In this document: positions 32,701 to 41,146 of the stretch, piece by piece
Numbering within the stretch: position 1 is the stretch's first letter
How the letters are laid out: each line of letters starts with the position of its first letter
Origin: Candidatus Eiseniibacteriota bacterium
GTDB taxonomy: Bacteria > Eisenbacteria > RBG-16-71-46
DNA: 64,000 nt
Direction: 5' to 3'
Assembly: GCA_044223005.1 (NCBI GenBank)
Contig: JBGAML010000005.1
Span: forward strand, 96,001 to 160,000
Notes under the pieces: model-generated
The model's input: only the letters and a program-made list of their open reading frames with translations
Database searches by the model: none
Told to the model about the DNA's origin: nothing
Program-made: the position numbers and the translations under genes

Positions 32701-35700
32701 GACCGACGCCAACAACCATGTCGAGTCCTACACGTACGACGCGGCCGGAAACATGCTGACGTCGACCAACGGCGCTGGAAACGTGGTGACCTTCGGCTAC
32801 GACGACGCGGGACGACAGACGACGGTGACCGACGGTCTGGGACACCGCATCACCTACACCTACGACGCAGCCGACAGCGTGACTTCCGAAACGAACCTGT
32901 TGGCACAGACAACCTCGTACGAGTTTGACCTCGACGGCCGCCACATCGCGACCGTGGACCCGCGGCTCAACCGGACCGAGTACACATTCGACGCCAGGGA
33001 TCGGCTCGCGCAGGTCAAGGATGCGCTCGGCGACGTAACCGTCCATGGCTACGACGCCCTCGATCGCCGAATCCGCACGGTGGATCCGCGAGGCGGAGTG
33101 AGCGCTTGGGCCTACGATCCCGTCGGGAACCTGCTGCGCGAGCAGGATGCCCTCGGGAATGTCACGACGCACACGTATGACGCCGCCCACAACCGCCTTA
33201 CGACCACGGATGCGCGGTCCAAGACGACGTCATTCACCTACGATCCCCTGGGCCGCCTGACGAGTACCACGAACCCCCTCGGATCCGTGACCCGCAGCAC
33301 GCACGACGCCCTTGGACGGGTGATCAGCACGACCAACGCTCGCGGCTACAGCACGATCTTCGCCTACGACGACCTTGGCCACCTGTCAACCGTGCAGGCG
33401 GCAACGGGCCAGGTCCTTCAATACGGGTACGATCCCGAAGGCAACCTGCTCACCGTGACCAACGCCAGGGGCCACGTGAGCCAGATGTCCTACGACGGAG
33501 CGGACCGGCTCGTGTCGGTGCGCGATCCTATTGGGAACACTCAGTCCTATGCCTTTGACGCCGCCGGCCACCGTAGCCGGAGGACCGATGCACGTGGCCG
33601 CGTTACCCAGTACAGCTATGACGCCGCCGGCCGGCTCAAGCAGGTGGTATACAGCGACAGCACCAAGGTGATCCAGGGCTACGACGACGCCGGCAACGTC
33701 ACCTCAGTCGTGGACTCGTGGGGCACCACAATGCTCTCGTACGATGAGCTCAACCGGCTCTCCACGACCGTGGACCACTACCTGAAGACCGTGTCGTTCG
33801 GATACGACTCAGCGGGCAACCTCGCGGAGGTGATCTACCCGAACGGAGAAAGTTGCACCTACACCTACGATGCGGCCAATCACATGTCGAGTGTGACGGA
33901 CTGGAAGGGCCGCACGATCGGATACAGCTACGACGCCGACGACAACCTCGCCGGGATCACACACCCCAACGGCGTCACGACCGTATTGACCTACGACGAC
34001 GCCAACCAGCTCATTGCGACGTTGGTCCGCACGCCCGGCATGGACACGCTCGTCGCCCTTGCATACACGCTCGACGCCAACGGCAATCGGACGCGTACTG
34101 TGCGCGTGGATCGCAGGCCGGATCCCATGAGATCGGGCGGCGGCGACATCTTCGCCACCAGCGCATCGCTCTCGAGCACCGGGTTCGCGGCGGGGGTGGA
34201 CAGTATCGTGGTCACCTCCGGCGACGACTGGCCGGAAGCGGTGGCGGGGCCATCCCTGGCGCGCCGCCTCGGTGTGCCCACGCTGGTCGTGCCGGGCGAC
34301 AATCTCTGGGCGTCCACCGCCACCCAGGCCGAGCTCAACCGCTTGCACGGGCTACGCCCTGCACTGAGAGCGGTCGTGATGGGAGACGTGGGGGGCGTCT
34401 CCGACGTGGTCGAGGCGCAGCTCCAGCAATCCGGGATCGCGGTGCGCCGCGTGCGGGGTGCGAATCGGCTCGGAACCGCTGCGAAGGCCGCGGGGACCTC
34501 ATCGATCGTCGTGCTGGCTGGAGAGCGGGACTACAGGCGAGCTGGTGCTGCGGCCCTGATAGCCGGGAGGCTCAAGGCACCGCTGCTGCTCGCCGATCGC
34601 GACACCGTCCCTGAGGTCACCGCATCGGCGTGGACCGCCTCTGGGGCCACGCGGGCGGTCCTCGTGGGAGACGAGTCGACGCTCGGCCCGGGCGTCGTCA
34701 CCTGGCTCACGGCACACGGCTGTACTGATTTGAAACGACACGCTTCGGACGATCCGGCAAGCCTCAGCGTGAGTGCGCTCGAGGACTCCGTGGAGGGACT
34801 GGATCGTTTCGCCAAGCTCCAGCTCGTCGACGCGGATGCGTGGCAGGATGCAATCTCCACAGCAGCGAACACAGTGCCGTGGACGACCGCGACACTGTTG
34901 GCGGACCCTGATTCATTGGCCGACAACGCCGATCTGGTGCGCTGGATTGGCCGGCACAGAGGCTGGCTGCAACAGGTGAGCATCCTCGGACCCTCGACGG
35001 GCGTTAGCGCCGTCGCCGAGGCCGAGTTGCGCACCCTGCTGCGCACGACTGTCACTGAGTACATCTACAATGCGCTCGACGAGTTGACCGCGGAGACAAT
35101 CCCAGGTGTCGAGTCGACCAGCTACACCTACGACGCCCTGGGCAACCGTGCCTCGATCACGCAGCGCGGCGTAACGACCACGTACAACTACGATGGTGCA
35201 GATCGGCTCAGCGCCGCCGGCAGCGTGACCTACACGTACGACGCCAACGGCAATCGCCTCACCCGCAGTTCGGGGACCGCATTCACCAGCTACACGTACG
35301 ACAACGAGAACCGACTCATCCAGGTGGTCGGTCCCGAAGGTACGAGCAAGTACCGCTACGATGGGCTCGGCCGCCGCATTCGCAGCGAGGAGCCCGGCCG
35401 GATCGTGCGCTACGTGGTCGACCCGACGAGTAAGCCCTATCGCACGCTCCGCGAGATGGACGATCGCAGTGCCACCCTGACCAGCTACGTCTTCGGACTT
35501 GGGCTGGCGGCCGACCTAAACCGGTCCGGCACGGCGCGCTACTACCACTTCGACGGTCTGGGTTCGACAGCCGCTCTGACCGACAGCACGGGCACGGACG
35601 CCGGGCATCTGGCGTACACCGCGTTTGGTGACACGGCGATGGACGTCGGCGCGACGACCACGCGGCTTGGGTGGGTGGGGCGCTACGGCGTCGAAGGCAC

Positions 35701-36370
35701 GGCATCCGGTCTCGTCTTCATGCGCGATCGCTTCTACGACAGCGAGACGGGGATGTTCGTGAGCCAAGACCCACAGTCCTCCTGGGGCAACGACTATCTT
35801 GCCGGTGCCATGTATCTCTACGCTGACGGCAACCCGACCGACATGACAGACCCCTCCGGAGACTTCACCCTGAACTGGAAGAAGGTGTCATCGTTCGCCG
35901 CCCAGGTCGTCAACGCGCTGAAGCCGGACATTGTCACTCGGGCCGTCGAGACGGTCGGAACCAAGCTCCTGTTGCGTCCCGTCTCATTCGTCGCCAAGGG
36001 CAAGGACGTTAGTTTCATGGCCTCTAGGGTATCCGGAGTCAAGGCGGGAGTCGTGAAAGCTGGCATCAAGAGCGTGGCGCAGCTTGCCGCGGCAGGCGTT
36101 GATGCAAGCTCCGGCTACCGACAAGCTCGGCGCGAGGGCGCCGAGAGCGGAGAGGCTGCATTGCGCGGTACGGGCGCTGCCATGATCGGGGCAATTCCCG
36201 GGCTTTCTATTGCGGGAGATCTTGGGGTGCCGCTTGACTCATGGAACCGACGCGTATCTCACTTTGCGTACACCAATGTGCTCAAGCCGACAGTAGGTGA
36301 CACTTGGGGTGGGTGGCTCTACGCCATCGGCAAGCCCTACTTCGATCGACAGGCTCGAAAGGGGCGCTAG
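29780..36370 (+). CDS. RHS/YD-repeat protein: signal peptide, beta/Ig-like modules, DUF6531-like region, YD shell with inserted CWB2-like trimer, RHS core, variable C-terminal tip
   Basis: GGAGG-GTG start (in-frame ATG at 29708 is an alternative). Dozens of YD..G.L repeats; core YYHFDGLGS...RFYDSETGMFVSQDP...YADGNPTDMTDPSG. Confidence 0.92.
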   Translation: MSRTPQATLTRLGWLLTAVSLVLIPVLVPGTVQASSRTWLFTNTTSGWTGSTGTTVTSDGGSNLHVVFATGGGLYSQNFAGSPFYGYHDDYIRFGYRFTDGAISTLQFDFQTTTRPDWTSPDYMMTGLLHDGQWHWATFNVGSISGWAGNFVSQLRFIARGSGGGGASGVMDIDFMAMRLDDKTTNTVVLGAASPAGWTNGDISIPVWGYDPPPNGFSGTTPPDRYGSGIDHFNWWLDGGGGSSGTIPNTTALGMDAEYNNDGVDTPILTLTKGAIPPGTHSVYVNAADRCQHGPGPVGGVIVHYDPNAPNQPVVYGTSAWTNDVSFYVYWNDPGDDLSGVVGYDWMLDGAYQGPAPGNWAGFDASYSGDHWVQVRAWDAAGNASAWSAQFWMHYDAVPPSSSPVTVFPAGYSTTRTFSFNWGTGSDAHSGVCGWYYAIDEGPATFIGTPSLSGSFDVAEGSHTFWVCAVDCAGNLGNWQDVPFHYYPNYIQPVTGLSPATSQVALPQTFSWAATTTRGRPYVVQVAADSDFTTGVTQFASDVNYRFIPAASAPVNGQTYYWRVACEASAPLNWSASTPIVPYVPPPPPANMVIGQEFPSGQAGEGVNTSLGAVTRSLPILTMRGPGGDLPLTAWYSSQAQRNSLLGSRWNWTLGSLVTPLETSASVTLEDNQDLSFTRSDSAFAAGLGVYDSLSGDGVNGYTFLRTSRERLTFDGTGLLQAIADRSGNAVTLHYVGGVLQWFSDPGGRRYDVTVTNSRVTLIRDVIGRTWQFAYDAAGYLSTFTDANGGQTHYSYDGQGRLTQVTDPLGHRVLRCTYDGPGRVSTQTDALDGVTTFGYDDSTHRTTIMNPAGGVLVHLHDANYRLIADVNERGDTTSYAYDANHNRILVRDALGHTTRYEYDPRGNTSRTIDALGDSTRTLFDPTNSPTMRVDALGHATTYVNDVLGRPTEIDEPLGKVTRNTYTTTGQIAQRTDANNHVESYTYDAAGNMLTSTNGAGNVVTFGYDDAGRQTTVTDGLGHRITYTYDAADSVTSETNLLAQTTSYEFDLDGRHIATVDPRLNRTEYTFDARDRLAQVKDALGDVTVHGYDALDRRIRTVDPRGGVSAWAYDPVGNLLREQDALGNVTTHTYDAAHNRLTTTDARSKTTSFTYDPLGRLTSTTNPLGSVTRSTHDALGRVISTTNARGYSTIFAYDDLGHLSTVQAATGQVLQYGYDPEGNLLTVTNARGHVSQMSYDGADRLVSVRDPIGNTQSYAFDAAGHRSRRTDARGRVTQYSYDAAGRLKQVVYSDSTKVIQGYDDAGNVTSVVDSWGTTMLSYDELNRLSTTVDHYLKTVSFGYDSAGNLAEVIYPNGESCTYTYDAANHMSSVTDWKGRTIGYSYDADDNLAGITHPNGVTTVLTYDDANQLIATLVRTPGMDTLVALAYTLDANGNRTRTVRVDRRPDPMRSGGGDIFATSASLSSTGFAAGVDSIVVTSGDDWPEAVAGPSLARRLGVPTLVVPGDNLWASTATQAELNRLHGLRPALRAVVMGDVGGVSDVVEAQLQQSGIAVRRVRGANRLGTAAKAAGTSSIVVLAGERDYRRAGAAALIAGRLKAPLLLADRDTVPEVTASAWTASGATRAVLVGDESTLGPGVVTWLTAHGCTDLKRHASDDPASLSVSALEDSVEGLDRFAKLQLVDADAWQDAISTAANTVPWTTATLLADPDSLADNADLVRWIGRHRGWLQQVSILGPSTGVSAVAEAELRTLLRTTVTEYIYNALDELTAETIPGVESTSYTYDALGNRASITQRGVTTTYNYDGADRLSAAGSVTYTYDANGNRLTRSSGTAFTSYTYDNENRLIQVVGPEGTSKYRYDGLGRRIRSEEPGRIVRYVVDPTSKPYRTLREMDDRSATLTSYVFGLGLAADLNRSGTARYYHFDGLGSTAALTDSTGTDAGHLAYTAFGDTAMDVGATTTRLGWVGRYGVEGTASGLVFMRDRFYDSETGMFVSQDPQSSWGNDYLAGAMYLYADGNPTDMTDPSGDFTLNWKKVSSFAAQVVNALKPDIVTRAVETVGTKLLLRPVSFVAKGKDVSFMASRVSGVKAGVVKAGIKSVAQLAAAGVDASSGYRQARREGAESGEAALRGTGAAMIGAIPGLSIAGDLGVPLDSWNRRVSHFAYTNVLKPTVGDTWGGWLYAIGKPYFDRQARKGR

Positions 36371-36614
36371 AGTGAGTAGCTCTTCCCGCTCCGCGTTCTA
36401 GAGCAGCACGGGGCCCTGTCCGAAGCGTGGCCGCCTGGCGGCGTGGGACCACACAGCAGCGGTTTCGTAGGCGCGGGACACGCAAACACGAGACTTAGAC
36501 GCGAAGCTCACGAAGTGACATCGCTGCAGCTGATACGCACGCGCCCCAGCGGGTTGGACCTGCTGGGGCGTTGTGGTTTGACGGAGGCTCAAGGAGCACG
36601 CTGGAGCAGTTGAG

Positions 36615-36990
36615 TGGAGTTCCCAGGATTCAGTGGACACCCTGGCGCCGCCTTGTGTGGGCAGCTTCGAACTGCTCGGGGCTGACGCCTCCGAGATGCC
36701 CGTGACGGCGTGACTGATTGTAGAACGCCGCGCTGTAGTCGGCCACCTCGGCCGCAGCCACTTCCCAGTTGCTGTAGATCTGCTTCTTGATCCGCTCCTT
36801 CTTCAGGCTACCAAAGAATGACTCCGTAACCGCGTTGTCCCAGCAGTTGCCCTTGCGACTCATGCTCGGCTCAAGGTGGTTGGAGGGGCAGAAGCGCCGC
36901 CAGGCATCACTGCCGAATTGCGTGCCCTGGTCCGAGTGTATGAGCGTGCCACGGGGACGCCTGCGACGCACCAGCGGAGCTTCGCCCGTG
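36615..36990 (-). mobile_element. Truncated IS3-family element (orfB C-terminus plus right end)
   Basis: HSDQGTQF, SRKGNCWDNA, ESFFGSLKKE, FYN..RRH..LGGVSP. Terminal sequence TGGAGTTCCCAGGATTCAGTGGACAC at 36615-36640. No orfA and no left end. Confidence 0.85.
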
Positions 36991-37109
36991 GCCAGTAGAT
37001 GACAGGAACAGACGTTGAACTGGCACCAAAGCCATCCGCCTCGGCGGTCATCCGTGACGCCCTGACTCGGACCATGAGGACCGGCGTCCGCATGAGGTAG
37101 ATTCCCGCG

Positions 37110-39947
37110 ATGCCACTGTCCTCCGGCACCCGCCTGGGTCCCTACGAAGTCCTCGCCCCGCTCGGCGCGGGAGGCATGGGCGAGGTGTACCGCGCCCACG
37201 ACACGCGATTGGGTCGCGACGTGGCGATCAAGGTGCTGCCGCAGCACCTCTCGGCGAGCCCCGAGGCGCGCGCCCGGTTCGAACGCGAGGCGAAGTCGGT
37301 CTCGCGGCTGAACCACCCTCACATCTGCACGCTCTTCGACGTGGGCCAGCACGACGGCCTCGACTACCTCGTGATGGAGCTGATCGAGGGGGAGACACTG
37401 GCGTCGCGCCTCGAGCGCGGGCCCCTTCCCATCACGACGCTGCTCGCGCACGCCGTCCAGGCCGCGGGCGCACTGGCGGACGCACACCGCGCGGGCCTCG
37501 TCCATCGCGACCTCAAGCCCGCGAACCTGATGCTGGCCGAATCGGGCGTGAAGCTGCTCGACTTCGGCCTCGCCGCGCCGGTGGTCCCACGCCGTCCGGC
37601 GAGCGACTCGAGCCAGCTCGCCACCGTGGCCCAACCGCTCACCACCGCGGGCACGATCGTCGGGACCTTCCAGTACATGGCGCCCGAGCAGTTGGAAGGC
37701 AGGGAAGCGGACGAGCGCAGCGATCTCTGGGCGATGGGCTGCGTGCTCTACGAGATGGCGACCGGCCGGCGGCCGTTCGCCGGGCACGACGCGATCGCGC
37801 TGCTCGGCTCGATGCTGGGAGAGGCCCCCGAGCCCGTGCAACACCTCAACCCCGCGATGCCGCGCGCGCTGGGCGAGATCGTGGCGCGCTGCCTCGAGAA
37901 GGATCCCGCGAAGCGTTTCGCGAACGCGGAGGAGCTGCGGGACGCCCTGGTGGCCCTGCAGGCCTGGGCTCGCGACGAGGGCCTGCCGGCTCTGGCGCGC
38001 ATCTGCGAGCGCATCCTGATGATGGAGGAGGGCGCGGATTCGTGGAACGCGTTCGTCCTGGCGCGCGAGATCGAGAAGTTCGCGCCCGGCGATCCCATGC
38101 TCGAGCGGTTGCGCCCCGAGTTCGCGCTGCCGGTCTCCATCCTCTCGGACCCGCCCGGGGCGCGCGTCTCCGCGCGCTTCTACGGCGACCCCGACGGCGA
38201 GCGCATCGAGTTCGGCCACACACCGATGGAGAACGTGCTCTATCCGCGCGGCGTGACGCGGCTCGAGCTCGAGCTCGACGGCTGCCGCGCCGCCCACGAC
38301 GTCGTGCTCAACTTGTCGCAGGGAGTCACAAACGCGACCGACGCCGGTTCACCGACATGGCACTACGCGCTGCGCCGGCCGGGCGAGGTTCCCGACGAGA
38401 TGGAGGCCGTGCCGGCCGGCGGATTCCCCATGTACATGCCGGGGCTCGATCACCTGGACACCGAGCCGACGGGCGAGTTCCTCCTGGACCGTCACCCGGT
38501 CACGAATCGCGAGTACAAGCGCTTCGTCGACGAAGGCGGCTACAAGCGTCCCGAGTTCTGGCGCGAGCCGTTCGTCGATGGCGACCGTTCACTCACGTGG
38601 GCAGAAGCCATGGCCCGGTGCACCGACGCCGTCGGACAGCCCGGCCCCGCAACGTGGGAGATGGGGGACTTTCCCGCCGGCGGGGAAGACCATCCGGTCG
38701 CCGGCGTGTGCTGGTACGAGGCCGCGGCGTACGCCGAGTGGGCCGGCAAGACATTGCCGACGATCTTCCACTGGAACCGCGTGGCGATGACGTTCTCGAG
38801 CGCGCTGATCGCGCCGCTGGCGAACTTCGCCGGGCGCGGCACCGTCGCCGTCGGCAGCACGCGAAGCGAGAACCGCTTCGGCGTGCACGATCTTGCCGGA
38901 AACGTGCGCGAGTGGGTGCGGAACGCCGTCGGCAGCTCCGGCCAACGATTCATCCTGGGCGGCGGCTGGAACGATCCCGGATACGCGTTCGTGGATGCGT
39001 ACGGACAGCCGGCGTTCGACCGTTCGCCGACCAATGGTTTCCGCTGCATGCGGGCGAGCGCACCGGACCCGAACCACGAGCGGCTCGTGCGGGCGATCGA
39101 TTTCGTCACCCGGGACTTTCGGGCGGAGCCGCCGGTGTCCGACGACGTCTTTGCGTTCTTCCTGCGGCAGTTCCAGTACGACCGCACTCCGCTCGACGCG
39201 AAGATCGTCGCCGACCAGCCGTTCGCGGCCGGCCGCTGGCAGACGATCGACCTGGCGGCGGCTTACGGCGGCGAGCGCATGCAGGCGCACTTGTTCCTGC
39301 CTTCGCGCGGCCGGCCCCCGCACCAGACGGTGGTGCTGTTCCCCGGCTCGCTGGCGCTGCATACGCGCGTCTTCAACCTCGCCGAAATCCAACGCGTCGA
39401 CTGGGTCGTCAAGAGCGGCCGAGCACTGCTGCTCCCGATCTACAAGTCGACGTACGAACGCGGTGACGAACTGAGCTCGGACTACCCGGATCCCAGCGCC
39501 TTCTACCGGGACCATGTGATCATGTGGGCGCGCGACCTCGGCCGGGCGCTCGACTACGCCGAGACGCGTCCCGAACTCGACGCCAACCGCGTCGGCTACT
39601 TCGGCACGAGCTGGGGTGGCATGCTGGGAGCGATCCTCCCAGCGGTCGAAAGGCGTATCCGGGCGAACGTGCTGTACGTCGCCGGCCTGACCTTGCAGCG
39701 CTCGCTGCCCGAGGTCGACCCGGTGCACTACCTGCCGCGCGTCCAGCAACCCACGCTGATGCTCAATGGGGAACTGGACTTCTTCTTCCCGGTCGAGACC
39801 TCGCAGCTGCCGATGTTCGAAATGCTCGGCACGCCCGAGGCGCACAAGCGCCGCATCACGTACCCGCGTGGCCACACCGTGCCCAAGGTGGAGCTGATCA
39901 AGGAAACACTTGCGTGGTTCGAGCGGTACTTGGGGCCGGTGGAGTAG
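37110..39947 (+). CDS. Ser/Thr kinase - PEGA-like - FGE/SUMF1 - alpha/beta hydrolase fusion
   Basis: LGAGGMGEVY, HRDLKPAN, DFG, YMAPEQ; PVTNREY, HPVAGVCW, DLAGNVREW, GFRC; GTSWGG, GELD, RGH. Confidence 0.88.
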   Translation: MPLSSGTRLGPYEVLAPLGAGGMGEVYRAHDTRLGRDVAIKVLPQHLSASPEARARFEREAKSVSRLNHPHICTLFDVGQHDGLDYLVMELIEGETLASRLERGPLPITTLLAHAVQAAGALADAHRAGLVHRDLKPANLMLAESGVKLLDFGLAAPVVPRRPASDSSQLATVAQPLTTAGTIVGTFQYMAPEQLEGREADERSDLWAMGCVLYEMATGRRPFAGHDAIALLGSMLGEAPEPVQHLNPAMPRALGEIVARCLEKDPAKRFANAEELRDALVALQAWARDEGLPALARICERILMMEEGADSWNAFVLAREIEKFAPGDPMLERLRPEFALPVSILSDPPGARVSARFYGDPDGERIEFGHTPMENVLYPRGVTRLELELDGCRAAHDVVLNLSQGVTNATDAGSPTWHYALRRPGEVPDEMEAVPAGGFPMYMPGLDHLDTEPTGEFLLDRHPVTNREYKRFVDEGGYKRPEFWREPFVDGDRSLTWAEAMARCTDAVGQPGPATWEMGDFPAGGEDHPVAGVCWYEAAAYAEWAGKTLPTIFHWNRVAMTFSSALIAPLANFAGRGTVAVGSTRSENRFGVHDLAGNVREWVRNAVGSSGQRFILGGGWNDPGYAFVDAYGQPAFDRSPTNGFRCMRASAPDPNHERLVRAIDFVTRDFRAEPPVSDDVFAFFLRQFQYDRTPLDAKIVADQPFAAGRWQTIDLAAAYGGERMQAHLFLPSRGRPPHQTVVLFPGSLALHTRVFNLAEIQRVDWVVKSGRALLLPIYKSTYERGDELSSDYPDPSAFYRDHVIMWARDLGRALDYAETRPELDANRVGYFGTSWGGMLGAILPAVERRIRANVLYVAGLTLQRSLPEVDPVHYLPRVQQPTLMLNGELDFFFPVETSQLPMFEMLGTPEAHKRRITYPRGHTVPKVELIKETLAWFERYLGPVE

Positions 39948-39957
39948 GCGCAGCGCA

Positions 39958-39989
39958 ACTTGACGAATCATCAAGTCGCGCACTAGAGT
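39958..39989 (+). promoter_or_regulatory. Toxin-antitoxin promoter with operator inverted repeat
   Basis: TTGACG (39960) - 18 bp - TAGAGT (39984). ACTTGA-N7-TCAAGT overlaps the -35 box. Confidence 0.65.
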
Positions 39990-39999
39990 GTCTCGTGTC

Positions 40000-40281
40000 A
40001 TGCACGAGCCGCTGGCACCGGAAGCCGCGAAACGGCTGATTCGCGAGATTCTCGAGTCTGGACACTTCGCCTACTCGCGACATGCCAAGGAGGAGTTGCT
40101 CGCCGACGACCTCACCACGGTCGACTGCGAGAACGTGCTGCGCGGCGGAGTTGTCCGAGCGGGAGAACTGGAGCACGGCACGTGGAGGTACCGGGTCGAC
40201 ACAGCTCGGATCACGGTCGTGATCGCATTCCGATCGGAGCGCGAACTGGTGATCGTTACAGCATGGAGGGGCGGTCGCTGA
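40000..40281 (+). CDS. DUF4258-family putative toxin (RelE/BrnT-like RNase)
   Basis: YSRHAKEE, D..NVLRGG, WRYRV, LVIVTAW. Confidence 0.75.
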   Translation: MHEPLAPEAAKRLIREILESGHFAYSRHAKEELLADDLTTVDCENVLRGGVVRAGELEHGTWRYRVDTARITVVIAFRSERELVIVTAWRGGR

Positions 40282-40313
40282 GGGCCGCTGACAAGCAGGG
40301 TACGGAGGGAGCG

Positions 40314-40799
40314 ATGAAGTGTCTCGAGTGCGGCACCCCGATGAAGTCGCGCAAGGAGAACTACCGCTACGACGAGTGTGGCTTGAAGCACGTCACCCTG
40401 ATCGGCGTCGAGGTGACCCGCTGTCCGAAGTGCGGGAACTTCGAGATCTCGATCCCGCACATCGAAGCGCTCCACCGACTTCTCGCCAAGGTTCTCATCG
40501 AGAAGTCCACGCGCTTCACCGGTGAAGAGATCCGCTTCCTGCGCAAGAGCCTCGGCTGGTCGGGCACCGACTTCGCAAAGCACATGGGAGTCGCCGAGGA
40601 GACCGTCTCGCGATGGGAGAACGACGCAGCTGCGATCGGTCCGCAAGCAGATCGCCTACTGCGCTTCCTGGTGGCGCAAGGACGGCTAACGACCAACTAT
40701 CCGGTCGAACGCCTCGCTCGGATCGACCTGAGGAAGGCTACGGCGACACGCGTGAAGCTAGCGGCCCGCAAGGAACAGTGGACGGTTCAAGCGGCATAG
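40314..40799 (+). CDS. MqsA/YgiT-type zinc-ribbon HTH antitoxin
   Basis: CLECG...CPKCG, EIRFLRKSLGWSGTDFAKHMGV...TVSRWE. Confidence 0.85.
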   Translation: MKCLECGTPMKSRKENYRYDECGLKHVTLIGVEVTRCPKCGNFEISIPHIEALHRLLAKVLIEKSTRFTGEEIRFLRKSLGWSGTDFAKHMGVAEETVSRWENDAAAIGPQADRLLRFLVAQGRLTTNYPVERLARIDLRKATATRVKLAARKEQWTVQAA

Positions 40800-40960
40800 C
40801 CGACTCGGGCGTGAGAGGGCTTCGCCATGCTGATCGTCCCCTGTACCGCCAAGCTCGAGACGACGGGCGAGGGTCGACAGCTCGTGAGCCGGCAGCACGA
40901 TGGGCAGTCGCGTATCACTCAAGCCTGGTAGCTGGCACGATCCTCACGAACCCTCGGCCC

Positions 40961-41045
40961 GGTGCCTTGCTTAAGGTGCTGGGATGCACGAGAGTGGCCC
41001 GCCCGTGGCCCTGTAGCTCAGACGGATAGAGCAGCGGTTTCCTAA
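40961..41045 (+). repeat. attL: 85-bp direct repeat (46 bp upstream region plus first 39 nt of tRNA-Arg)
   Basis: Matches 47314-47398 with 3 mismatches; 40978-41045 is identical to 47331-47398. The repeat ends in the anticodon loop TTCCTAA. Confidence 0.93.
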
Positions 41046-41113
41046 TCGGGCCGGGCCGAATTCCAACGATTTTCAACCGAGCAGCCAACGGACGTCGCGG
41101 CAACACAATGCGA

Positions 41114-41146
41114 AGCGCCCCAAGGAGAAGGACTCCTTGGGGCGCT
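41114..41146. terminator. Perfect 14-bp hairpin just inside attL
   Basis: AGCGCCCCAAGGAG-AAGGA-CTCCTTGGGGCGCT. Confidence 0.65.

Noticed and set aside
36412..36466. GGCCCTGT and AGCAGCGGTTTC match pieces of the tRNA-Arg 5' half (a possible third att scar)
   Set aside because: The two blocks are 35 nt apart instead of 15, the D arm is absent and the anticodon differs; this is compatible with chance.
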